Source: Candidatus Nomurabacteria bacterium (GTDB taxonomy: Bacteria; Patescibacteriota; Minisyncoccia; Phycocordibacterales; UBA9973). Taken from it: a stretch of DNA of 26,825 bases. Position 1 is the stretch's first letter. Every line of letters begins with the position of its first letter. A program made the translations under genes and the position numbers. Where the stretch lies: positions 1 to 26,825 of the forward strand of contig CALRFE010000001.1 of the NCBI GenBank assembly GCA_943356425.1. Direction: 5' to 3'. The notes beneath the pieces are model-generated. The model had not been told where the DNA came from. It did not search any database and saw nothing but the letters and a program-made list of their open reading frames with translations. This document shows, in pieces, positions 8,699-17,728 of this stretch.

Positions 8699-9709
8699 AT
8701 GCTTATCGGAAAAGCCTCACCTGAAGATACCAGCCTCCATCCCATGCACTATAAATGGGCGTATGAACTGTACAACCAAGCAGTGCGTAACACATGGTTT
8801 CCGCACGAGATCCCGCTCGGCGAAGACCTCAAAGACTGGAAAGATATGACTGATGACGAACGTCATGCGGTGAAATTCCTGATGTCATTCTTTAATCCCG
8901 GAGAACTTATCGTCAATCGCTCTCTTGCACTCGGTGTGTATCCATATATCAAATCTCCTGAATGTCACTTGTATCTTGCAAAACAAATGTGGGAAGAAGC
9001 GAATCACTGTGTTGCGTTTGAATATGTACTTGAAACATTTCCAATGGATCGCGATACGATCTACAAGATCCACACGGAGACCGATTCGATGGTCAAGAAA
9101 GAAGGTTTCATCACAAAATATTTGAAACGCATGACTGAAGTGACACTCGATATTGATAGTTCAGAAGGCAAAAAAGAATTCATTAGAAACCTTGTCGCGA
9201 CCAACATCGTCATGGAAGGTATTTGGTTTTATTCGGGCTTCATGGTGGTGCTCTCATTCCGCCAGCGCAACAAACTCCGCAATTTCGCTTCGATGATCAA
9301 CTGGGTCATTCGTGACGAATCATTGCACTTGAAGTTCGGAATGAACCTCATTATGAATGTTTTAGAAGAAAATCCTGAGCTCCTCACGCCTGAATTTGCA
9401 GATGAAATTCGAGGTATTATCATCGAAGGTGTTGAACTTGAAGTCGCATATAATAAAGATCTTTTCCCAACAGGAATTCTTGGATTGAACGCCGACTACG
9501 TGAATCAATATGTGAAATATGTCGCTGATCGTCGTCTTGAAGAGCTCGGTATGCCGAAACATTACAACGCGACCAATCCCGCAAAATGGATGGCCGGCGC
9601 GACCGATGTGTATGAACTCGTGAACTTCTTCGAACAGCAGAACACTGCATACGAAGTTGACGCACACGGACATGCGAAGAAGTCAGAAAATGAAGGAGCT
9701 AAAGAATAG
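8699..9709 (+). CDS. nrdB: Ribonucleotide reductase beta subunit with class Ic (R2c, Mn/Fe) signature
   Basis: Ligands E69, E100, H103, E173, E207, H210. F107 occupies the radical-Tyr position. W33 and C-terminal Y318 (NFFEQQNTAY) are retained. Confidence 0.92.
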   Translation: MLIGKASPEDTSLHPMHYKWAYELYNQAVRNTWFPHEIPLGEDLKDWKDMTDDERHAVKFLMSFFNPGELIVNRSLALGVYPYIKSPECHLYLAKQMWEEANHCVAFEYVLETFPMDRDTIYKIHTETDSMVKKEGFITKYLKRMTEVTLDIDSSEGKKEFIRNLVATNIVMEGIWFYSGFMVVLSFRQRNKLRNFASMINWVIRDESLHLKFGMNLIMNVLEENPELLTPEFADEIRGIIIEGVELEVAYNKDLFPTGILGLNADYVNQYVKYVADRRLEELGMPKHYNATNPAKWMAGATDVYELVNFFEQQNTAYEVDAHGHAKKSENEGAKE

Positions 9710-9808
9710 CGACTATCATTTTCTAGATCCCGTACCAATTTTTTGATTAGTTTAGATTACATAAAAAATTTAGATGTAAAAATTTGGTGCTGGGGAAGAA
9801 TAGAAAAT

Positions 9809-9843
9809 CTAAAATCTAAAATCTAAATACTAAAATCTAAATC
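9809..9843 (+). repeat. Five CTA-heptamers
   Basis: ctaaaat ctaaaat ctaaata ctaaaat ctaaatc. Confidence 0.85.
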
Positions 9844-9877
9844 AATCAAAAACTCGCCCGAGGGCGAGTTTTTGATT
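9844..9877. terminator. Intrinsic terminator after nrdAB
   Basis: AATCAAAAACTCGCCC-ga-GGGCGAGTTTTTGATT perfect inverted repeat. Confidence 0.88.
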
Positions 9878-9903
9878 TGTTGTCTTTTTGCTATACTCAC
9901 CTC

Positions 9904-10788
9904 ATGCAAAACCCGCTTATTTTAATAACCGAACCGTCCAAAGACTACGAGTTGCTTGATTCGGGCAATGGAAAAAAGCTTGAACGCTATGGCAGTGTGG
10001 TTTTGGCACGGCCGGATCCGCAGGCGCTGTGGGAAATGAAGAAACCAGAGCTCTGGAAGACCGCCGATGCAGAATTTGTCCGCGACGGAAAAAAAGCTTC
10101 GTGGAAAGCAAAAAAAGAATTGCCGAAAGAATGGACGATCGAATTTGCCGATATGAAATTTATTATTCGTCCAACCAGTTTTAAACACACGGGACTTTTT
10201 CCTGAGCAATCTGAAAATTGGAAATGGATGGAAAAAAAGATTAAAGAGCAAAGAGAAGAGAGAAAAGAAAAAATTCGAGTTTTAAACTTATTCGGCTATA
10301 CGGGCGGAGCAACGCTTGCATGCGCGAAAGCCGGTGCTGAAGTCGTGCATCTTGACGGTTCAAAGGCGGCAATTGCATGGGCGAAGGAAAATAGAGATGC
10401 ATCAGGACTTACCGACACACCAATCCGCTTTATACTTGACGATGCGCGAGAATTTCTCAAACGCGAAGTGAAGCGCGGAAACAAATACGATGCGATCATT
10501 ATGGACCCGCCCGCATTCGGCTATGGACCAAATGACGAGCTTTGGAAAATCGAAGAGCATTTTACTGAACTTCTCGATTTGTGTAAAAAAGTGTTATCCA
10601 AAAATCCGCTTTTTGTAATCATCAATGGCTACGCGTCAGGATATTCGCCGATCGCATACCAAAATAATTTGCAGGATATGATGCGCGAGCACAAAGGCGA
10701 TATTGAAATAGGGGAACTTGCCATCGCCGAATCCGACAGCGACCGATTGCTTCCGTGCGGTATTTTTGCACGGTGGTATAAAAAATAA
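9904..10788 (+). CDS. Class I SAM-dependent methyltransferase, RlmI/RlmK-like
   Basis: FKHTGLFPEQ, VLNLFGYTGGAT, HLDGSK and IMDPPAFG motifs. TGcTATACT (9889-9897) favours ATG 9904. Confidence 0.88.
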   Translation: MQNPLILITEPSKDYELLDSGNGKKLERYGSVVLARPDPQALWEMKKPELWKTADAEFVRDGKKASWKAKKELPKEWTIEFADMKFIIRPTSFKHTGLFPEQSENWKWMEKKIKEQREERKEKIRVLNLFGYTGGATLACAKAGAEVVHLDGSKAAIAWAKENRDASGLTDTPIRFILDDAREFLKREVKRGNKYDAIIMDPPAFGYGPNDELWKIEEHFTELLDLCKKVLSKNPLFVIINGYASGYSPIAYQNNLQDMMREHKGDIEIGELAIAESDSDRLLPCGIFARWYKK

Positions 10789-10790
10789 AA

Positions 10791-10900
10791 TTCGAAGCAC
10801 GAAACCCTAAATACGAAACAATATCGAAACTCGAATTTTTCAAATCCAAAACAGGTTTTAAATTTAATACTTTTAATGTTTAGACTTTAATATTTTGTCT
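10791..10900. repeat. Degenerate 7-nt-periodic intergenic element (C[G/T]AA arm and TT[A/T][A/G] arm)
   Basis: CGAA/CTAA at 10793, 10800, 10807, 10814, then 10825, 10832. TTAA/TTAG/TTTG at 10873, 10880, 10887, 10894. Confidence 0.6.
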
Positions 10901-10916
10901 TGTTATAATTAATCAT

Positions 10917-11360
10917 ATGAAAATCAACGCTATTGATATCGAATTGATCCATTTTTTCCGTCGCATTTCCGTGCCGGTCGCGCGCGTCGGACTTTTTATC
11001 GTCTTCTTCTGGTTCGGTATTTTGAAAGTGCTCGACCTCTCTCCCGCAGGTCCGCTCGTCGAACGGCTATTTAACAATACTGTTCCGATCATGTCATTCC
11101 ATACGTTCATTATCTTGTTCGGAGTGTTTGAAATGTTGATCGGTATTTTGTTTCTCATCAAGGGTGCTGAGCGTATCGTCATCCCGCTCCTGTTTTTGCA
11201 CATGATTACGACGTTCATGCCACTTTTTGTATTACAAGAAGAGACATGGTCAGGGTTCATGGTGCCGACGCTTGAAGGCCAATACATCATCAAGAATTTC
11301 GTCATCATCGCCGCAGCGATCGGTATCGCGGCGCATCTGCATCCGATGCGGCAGAGATAA
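10917..11360 (+). CDS. DoxX / DUF417 (YkgB/RclC-like) membrane protein
   Basis: GLFIVFFWFGILK, FGVFEMLIG and EGQYIIKNFV motifs. TGtTATAAT lies 7 nt upstream. Confidence 0.8.
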   Translation: MKINAIDIELIHFFRRISVPVARVGLFIVFFWFGILKVLDLSPAGPLVERLFNNTVPIMSFHTFIILFGVFEMLIGILFLIKGAERIVIPLLFLHMITTFMPLFVLQEETWSGFMVPTLEGQYIIKNFVIIAAAIGIAAHLHPMRQR

Positions 11361-11374
11361 AATTTTGCGTGTAT

Positions 11375-11409
11375 AGTGGGGGCGCCGCGCGAAGCGCGGC
11401 GCCCCCACT
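11375..11409. other. Perfect 16-bp GC-rich hairpin without a U-tract
   Basis: AGTGGGGGCGCCGCGC-gaa-GCGCGGCGCCCCCACT. Confidence 0.8.
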
Positions 11410-11463
11410 TGCGATTTTATCCGAGTGCGTTACAATATCCCTATTATCACTAAATATATTCAT

Positions 11464-12009
11464 ATGCAAAAAGGTTCATCAATCGGAAGTGTGTTCACTT
11501 TTATCCTCGTGTGTCTCGTCATCGTAGCAGGCATCTATTTTGTTACTCACAAAAAAGAAACAGCGGTAACCGCAACCGATACTACGACGAGTGACGTTGC
11601 CACGTCTGAGGAAAACAAAACGGCTCCCGAAGAAAAGAAGAATACTGCATCTACTACAACTATGGAAGATACTACGAAGCTCGCGATTACTGTCACCAAA
11701 GAGGGAACCGGACCTGTCGTCACCAAAGGACAGCTTGTTACCGTCAATTACACGGGTTCACTTTTAAACGGCACTGTCTTTGATTCGAACGTTGACCCAA
11801 CATTCGGACATGTTGCACCATTTTCATTTACTGTCGGGGTCGGTCAGGTCATCAGAGGCTGGGACCAAGGGATTGTTGGCATGAAGATCGGAGAAAAGGC
11901 ACATTTAGTCATTCCAGCAGATCTCGCATACGGTGCACAGAGCCCAAGTCCGCTCATTCCAGCCAATTCCGTCCTGGTTTTCGATGTTGAAATAATTGCA
12001 GCGAAATAA
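11464..12009 (+). CDS. FKBP-type peptidyl-prolyl cis-trans isomerase with N-terminal TM anchor
   Basis: VNYTGSLLNGTVFDS, GVGQVIRGWDQG, IPADLAYG and LVFDVEI. ATG 11464 is preferred over GTG 11425. Confidence 0.95.
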   Translation: MQKGSSIGSVFTFILVCLVIVAGIYFVTHKKETAVTATDTTTSDVATSEENKTAPEEKKNTASTTTMEDTTKLAITVTKEGTGPVVTKGQLVTVNYTGSLLNGTVFDSNVDPTFGHVAPFSFTVGVGQVIRGWDQGIVGMKIGEKAHLVIPADLAYGAQSPSPLIPANSVLVFDVEIIAAK

Positions 12010-12035
12010 GGCTGGGTCTATTCCCGAAATACACA

Positions 12036-12070
12036 TTTAAAAAGCGCGTCCATAGGACGCGCTTTTTAAA
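12036..12070. terminator. Intrinsic terminator
   Basis: TTTAAAAAGCGCGTCC-ata-GGACGCGCTTTTTAAA, followed by TGcTATAAT at 12076-12084. Confidence 0.88.
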
Positions 12071-12112
12071 TGTGTGCTATAATTTACCTGCAATAACTAA
12101 CCTCAAAATCCC

Positions 12113-15100
12113 ATGGATCTTCTCTTTAAACATGTTTCAAAATTTACTGAGCGCATCTCGGATTCGCTCGTACTTTTCGTCGTTATCGTTTCAGGCGGTG
12201 TGATTCTTATGGCAAATGTAACGGCTGCCGGAGTCCCCACCGTTTCAAATTTGGGACCGACTGAATTTGTCGATGGCAGTACGACGGTAGATACGACGCC
12301 GACACTGACATTTGATGTCGATTATTCAGCTGGCCACGGCAATCAGATATATTATGAAGTCCAGATATTCGGTGCGACCGGTCACGGCGCTGCCGCGGTA
12401 GATTATATCTCAGATGCTACAGCTGACGGATCTTTTTCGTACACAGTCGGACAGTCCGGTGGAACGTATGTCACGGGATCTTCCTCGATGCAACTTACTG
12501 ACGACGACTACACTTGGCAGGTAAAAGCTTTTGATGCGGTAAGTGCGATCCTCTCATCTGGGTATGTGCAAGCAAATGGAGGTAGTACTGCATTTGTTGT
12601 AGAAACAGGACTTGCAATTTCTCATGTTCAAAATTCAGATCCTTTGCTCGGCCAGCCGATCACGATCACTTGGGAGACCAATCTTCAATCATCTAGTATT
12701 GTGGATTATGGTCCTGATAGTTCTTATGGCACTCAGACCGATGAGTCTGATACGCCTCACGGTGTGACATCGCACAGCGTTGAACTCCCTGTGCTTCCAG
12801 TCGGCACGTATCATTATAGTGTCACATCGAATGGTGCTGATCATAGTCTTGCCTCAAGTAGCGACGCGACATTCACGATTCCGAACACTGACCCGACGGT
12901 CACGAAATTTACACCGGAAGAATTTATAAGCGGTTGGACGATCGCGAATGCGAGTGATTATTCTTTTGGATTCGCCCTCGATGACGCTGATGCCGATCGT
13001 GTACAGTACCGGATCCTTATCGATGATGATAGCGATTTTTCTTCACCCGCAGTTGATTATATCGATCCTATCTCGGCAACTGGAACTGCTGGCCAAAAGA
13101 CTTTTACCGTCGGTCAACCAGAAGGTGACGGTTCGTATTCAATAGGTGAAGAAGATCAGGTGCTCGCCGATGGATCATACTATTGGGGAGTGCGTGCATT
13201 TGATCAGAATGGCGGAGATTCTGGAAGTTACGAAGGCCCGACAATTGATGGCCCCATGTTCATTGTTGATCATACCTATGTCAATGCGAATCCAGTCGTC
13301 ACATTCAGAGATGTCAATGTTGATGGAGCAAAAATACGGGAATCGTCCCCAACGCTATCAATGATGCTCACCGATGCAAATACTGATGATCTCGTTTCAT
13401 TCACGATCATTATTGATGACAGCAGTGATTTTTCTTCACCAGTTGTTTCGTATTCTGAACCGATGACGGTGGAGAGCACACTCTCGCAAGGCCGTCATGA
13501 TTTTATTGTTGGCCAGTCGGACTTCGGTATCGGCTTCTATTCCGTGGGGGAAGCAAGCCAGACGCTCGCTGATGGCACGTATTATGTTGAAGCACAAGTT
13601 TCTGATAATCGCGGAGGTAGTTCTCCACTCACTCCTGCAAATGGGGGTGCGAGTGCATTCACAATCGATACCGTTCTTCCAGAAATTTCTGCGATCGCAA
13701 CGAGTGGTGTCACTGGAAGTGCGGTCACCGTCACTTGGACGACCGATGAAGCATCTTCAACTGAAATAGAATATGGTACGACGGATAGTTATGGAGATTC
13801 ATCTGTCGATGGCACATTGACGACAAATCACTCGGTGACCATTACTGGGCTCTCCGAAGCGACGCTCTATCACTACCGCGTGACGTCCACCGACGAAGCA
13901 GGAAATGCAAGTACCTCGCTTGATGATGACGTGACGACGCTCGATGTCACCGCGCCGACCATCAGTTCAGTAAGCTCCGGTTCACTCACGGGTACTGGTG
14001 CAACGATCACTTGGACGACCGACGAAGCTTCCGATTCACAAGTCCAATACGGAACTACGACTTCGTATGGTGCATCGACGACACTCGATGCTACGATGCT
14101 CACATCGCACTCTGTTGATCTTACTGGCCTTCTTGAAAATAGGACGTACCATTATCGCGTCAAGTCTCGCGATGCTGCGGGCAATCTTCGCACGGGTTCT
14201 GACAACACATTCATTACACTCGACCAGACAGCGCCGGAGATCTCCAATATTGTCGCGACGCCGTCCGGCAGTTCAGTGACGATCACGTGGGACACCGACG
14301 AGGCGGGCTCTTCTCGCGTCGAATATGGCACAACGACGAGCTATGGATTTCTTACCTCACAAATTGATACGAGTCCGCGCGTGACGTCGCACTCAGTTAC
14401 TATTTCAGGATTTGGTACGAGTGGTACCCGACATTTCAGAGTTCTTTCGACTGATGATTCGAGTAATACTGGAACGAGCAGTGACGGCACATTTACGATC
14501 GATTTGAACGTCACACCGGATGTACCGACATCGCTCGGCGGTGATGCTGTGACCGGTGGTGGTTCGATGAGCGATACGACGCCTTCATTCACTTTCACGC
14601 TCGATGACAACGATGCGCTTGATGAAGTCAAATATCAGATCGAGATCGACGATTCAGAAGATTTCTCTTCACCTGTTGTTGACTACACTTCAGCGCTTGG
14701 CAACCAATCTTCAAAAACATTTACTGTAGGACAAGCGGTTGGTGGTGGTAGTTATGGAGCAGGAGAAGAAAGTCAGACACTCGCCGATGGATCATATTAT
14801 TGGCGTGTCCGCGCGATCGATGAGCACGCTGCCGCTTCTGCATATGTCGAGGCAAATGGTGGTGCTGTCGCATTCATTCTTTCAACAACGCCAACCGAAG
14901 GACCGACAATTTCTGATGTGTCTGTTTCTACAACGAGTACTTCTGCAACATTTACATGGACAACCGACCGCAACGCCTATCCCCAGATAGATTATGGAAT
15001 AACGAGCGATTATGAATTGTCGATCGATCTCCTTAGTCTTTTGCGAAATGGTCAGACATCGCATGAAATTACACTTACTGATCTTGTTGCCTGTACGAAA

Positions 15101-16111
15101 TACCATTATCGTCCGATTGCAACCGATGATTACAATAATGTGACGCATGGAGACGATGGTGTCTTTGCGACAACGGGCTGTCCAGGTGATGCGACTATCT
15201 CAGTTGAACACAGCCGACAAGTGACCGCTCTTGCTGGTGGTCGCGTGACGCTCTCTGATGATGGTAAACAAGTTGATCTTGATGTTCCTGTTTCATTTGC
15301 AAACGGTACGAATGCGGTGTTCCAGGTCAAAAAACTTTCTCGTACCGAAGTGCTCACGACTATCTCGCTCCCTACGGGTTATGAGGCCGTCGGTGATCAC
15401 ACGTATGATTTCAAAGCTTTCCAGGATCCACAAAACCTGATCAGTAGTTTTGATAATTCACTCACGATCATCATGCAATATACATCTGATGACATTATCG
15501 GTCTTGATGAAACGACGCTCACGATCTATCGTTTTGACGGATCGACACGAACACAGCTTTCGGATTGTATCGTCGATACTGAAAATAAGACCGTTACGTG
15601 CTCGACCGATGGATTCTCGACATTCGTGCTCTCTGGACAATCGTCCGGTGGAACTACCACCGGCGGATCGTCGACCAGCGGTTCCACTACTAGTGGAAGT
15701 ACCACTGGCGGAACTACCGGCGGTACGACCACGGGTGGTTCTACTGGAGAAGATTCGGTGGGAGCTCTGATCCTCTATCCGCCGGCTAAGAATGCAAAAC
15801 CGACAACTGTTGGTGGTGTCATTAAAGGCAAACCGTCACGCATCGTCTTTGGAAGAAATCTGAAAACAGGTAGCACGGGTGTCGATGTCAAAGCGTTGCA
15901 GATGTATTTGAACCAGCATGGATATACTATTTCAAAAACAGGATTAGGTGCATCAGGAAATGAGACGAGCTCATTCGGTGCAAAAACAAAAGCGGCGCTC
16001 ATCAAATTTCAACAAGCCGCAATGAAGGCGAAGATCAAATTGCGACTTACTGAAAAACTCGGCGAGTTCGGTGCATCGACACGTACGTATATCAATACGA
16101 TCCAGAAATAA
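12113..16111 (+). CDS. 1332-aa surface protein: repeated Ig/FN3-like modules, G/T/S-rich linker, C-terminal peptidoglycan-binding-like domain
   Basis: N-terminal hydrophobic segment. Five repeats like TITWxTDExSxSxVxYGxTxSYG...SHSVxLxGL...YHYRV. Four repeats like IxIDDxxDFSSPxVDY...TFTVGQ...LADGSYYW. C-terminal RNLKTGSTGVDVKALQMYLN...FGAKTKAALIKFQ. Confidence 0.88.
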   Translation: MDLLFKHVSKFTERISDSLVLFVVIVSGGVILMANVTAAGVPTVSNLGPTEFVDGSTTVDTTPTLTFDVDYSAGHGNQIYYEVQIFGATGHGAAAVDYISDATADGSFSYTVGQSGGTYVTGSSSMQLTDDDYTWQVKAFDAVSAILSSGYVQANGGSTAFVVETGLAISHVQNSDPLLGQPITITWETNLQSSSIVDYGPDSSYGTQTDESDTPHGVTSHSVELPVLPVGTYHYSVTSNGADHSLASSSDATFTIPNTDPTVTKFTPEEFISGWTIANASDYSFGFALDDADADRVQYRILIDDDSDFSSPAVDYIDPISATGTAGQKTFTVGQPEGDGSYSIGEEDQVLADGSYYWGVRAFDQNGGDSGSYEGPTIDGPMFIVDHTYVNANPVVTFRDVNVDGAKIRESSPTLSMMLTDANTDDLVSFTIIIDDSSDFSSPVVSYSEPMTVESTLSQGRHDFIVGQSDFGIGFYSVGEASQTLADGTYYVEAQVSDNRGGSSPLTPANGGASAFTIDTVLPEISAIATSGVTGSAVTVTWTTDEASSTEIEYGTTDSYGDSSVDGTLTTNHSVTITGLSEATLYHYRVTSTDEAGNASTSLDDDVTTLDVTAPTISSVSSGSLTGTGATITWTTDEASDSQVQYGTTTSYGASTTLDATMLTSHSVDLTGLLENRTYHYRVKSRDAAGNLRTGSDNTFITLDQTAPEISNIVATPSGSSVTITWDTDEAGSSRVEYGTTTSYGFLTSQIDTSPRVTSHSVTISGFGTSGTRHFRVLSTDDSSNTGTSSDGTFTIDLNVTPDVPTSLGGDAVTGGGSMSDTTPSFTFTLDDNDALDEVKYQIEIDDSEDFSSPVVDYTSALGNQSSKTFTVGQAVGGGSYGAGEESQTLADGSYYWRVRAIDEHAAASAYVEANGGAVAFILSTTPTEGPTISDVSVSTTSTSATFTWTTDRNAYPQIDYGITSDYELSIDLLSLLRNGQTSHEITLTDLVACTKYHYRPIATDDYNNVTHGDDGVFATTGCPGDATISVEHSRQVTALAGGRVTLSDDGKQVDLDVPVSFANGTNAVFQVKKLSRTEVLTTISLPTGYEAVGDHTYDFKAFQDPQNLISSFDNSLTIIMQYTSDDIIGLDETTLTIYRFDGSTRTQLSDCIVDTENKTVTCSTDGFSTFVLSGQSSGGTTTGGSSTSGSTTSGSTTGGTTGGTTTGGSTGEDSVGALILYPPAKNAKPTTVGGVIKGKPSRIVFGRNLKTGSTGVDVKALQMYLNQHGYTISKTGLGASGNETSSFGAKTKAALIKFQQAAMKAKIKLRLTEKLGEFGASTRTYINTIQK

Positions 16112-16114
16112 TTA

Positions 16115-16157
16115 CACAAGAGCAAAATCGCCCCGAAAGGGCGATTTTGCTCTTGTG
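16115..16157. terminator. 19-bp hairpin terminator
   Basis: CACAAGAGCAAAATCGCCC-cgaaa-GGGCGATTTTGCTCTTGTG. Confidence 0.8.
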
Positions 16158-16180
16158 GTCCAAATACGTTATGATACGTA

Positions 16181-17728
16181 ATGCATATGAAAAAAACAAA
16201 ACAGATATTCAATTGGTTCAAAGCAAAAAAACGTCGATGGCTCGGCGCTCTTCTCGTAGTTCTCATAATCTTTCTCATCGGTACTTCGGATGGCAAGAGC
16301 GGCAAAACCGATAGCATCTTAGATACTGTGGCACGCGGGGATCTCAAAAAAACAGTTCTTGCAACAGGGCAAGTCACGTCGACGACAGACGTCAGTCTTG
16401 GCTTCAACACCACTGATACGGTCGCGAGTGTGCGCGTAAAAGTCGGAGACAAGGTGACGGGAGGACAGATACTCGCTACACTCAATAATCAAGACGAGCT
16501 TGCAAGTCTTACGACTGCGCGCGGAGCATTATTGTCAGCGCAAGCACATTACAATAAAGTACTTGCTGGAGCTTCGGGAGAAGAGATCACGGTGGCTGAA
16601 GTTGCGAAAAAAAATGCAGAAACTGATCTTGCAAATACCGTGACGACACAAGACACGCTCGTGAAAAATGCACATCGAGCATTGCTCAATACCGGCCTTA
16701 CTGCCTCACCGAATCAAACAAGCACCGTGGCAGATCCTACGATCAGTGGTATCTACAACCAAGACAAAGAAGGAACGCTCATCATTACGGTCTATACTTC
16801 GGGCAGTACCGGCTATTTTGTAGCAAGCGGTATTGCTTCCGGTACAGGACCAACAGATGCAAGTAGTCCTGTGGCTATCGGAACGACTGGTTTGTTCATA
16901 GATTTTCCCGATAGTTTTGTCCCACCAAGTGGTGCTCTTTGGACGATCAATATTCCAAATACACAATCGTCTGGATATGTTGCCGCATATAATGCGTATG
17001 AATCAGCGAAAGAGACGAGAGGGAGCGCCGTTGCGAGCGCTCAATCACTCGTTGACGCCCGTAGTGCGGACCTAGCGCTTAAAAAAGCTGCAGCTCGTGC
17101 ACCAGATATCGAAGTAGCGCAAGCAGATGTGCTCTCAGCAGAAGGAAGAGTGCAAACAGCCCAAGTTGCATATGATAATACAATTTTGCGTGCACCAGGA
17201 GCAGGTACGATCACTACGGTCGATACAAAGATAGGTGAGCTCGTCAGCTTGCAAAAAGAAGTCATGGTCCTCCAAGATATTTCAAATCTCTATCTTGAAG
17301 CAAATATCAATGAAGCAAATATTTCTGAGATCAAGCTCGCACAGCCGGTCGAGATAACATTCGATGCTTTCGGACCTAACGAAAAATTTCAAGGATTAGT
17401 GACGCATATCGATCCATCGGCGACCATACAAGATGGGGTCGTCAATTATAAGATCAATGTTTCGATTCCCCAAGGGGAAGAACGGATCCGTCCTGGCATG
17501 AACGCGAATATGACGATCATCGCGGGGACATACCCGAATGTCCTTTATGTACCGCTCCTTGCAATATCACGTCATGACAACAAGACATTTCTCACCGTCC
17601 TTGTTGATCAAAAAGGCAAAAAGACCACTGAACACGAAGTAGTACTCGGCGCAATGGGCGATGGCAATCTCGTTGAGATCGCCTCAGGTGCGACAGAAGG
17701 GGAACGCATTAAAATCATCTCAAAATGA
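16181..17728 (+). CDS. HlyD/MacA-family membrane fusion (adaptor) protein
   Basis: N-terminal TM; lipoyl half-motifs VRVKVGDKVTGGQILATL and LRAPGAGTITTV; coiled coil; IRPGMNAN. The start is ATG 16181 or 16187. Confidence 0.92.
   Translation: MHMKKTKQIFNWFKAKKRRWLGALLVVLIIFLIGTSDGKSGKTDSILDTVARGDLKKTVLATGQVTSTTDVSLGFNTTDTVASVRVKVGDKVTGGQILATLNNQDELASLTTARGALLSAQAHYNKVLAGASGEEITVAEVAKKNAETDLANTVTTQDTLVKNAHRALLNTGLTASPNQTSTVADPTISGIYNQDKEGTLIITVYTSGSTGYFVASGIASGTGPTDASSPVAIGTTGLFIDFPDSFVPPSGALWTINIPNTQSSGYVAAYNAYESAKETRGSAVASAQSLVDARSADLALKKAAARAPDIEVAQADVLSAEGRVQTAQVAYDNTILRAPGAGTITTVDTKIGELVSLQKEVMVLQDISNLYLEANINEANISEIKLAQPVEITFDAFGPNEKFQGLVTHIDPSATIQDGVVNYKINVSIPQGEERIRPGMNANMTIIAGTYPNVLYVPLLAISRHDNKTFLTVLVDQKGKKTTEHEVVLGAMGDGNLVEIASGATEGERIKIISK

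Noticed and set aside
8574-10900. Heptamer arrays as CRISPR or telomere-like repeats
   Set aside because: There is no repeat-spacer structure and no cas genes, and the units are short, degenerate and intergenic.
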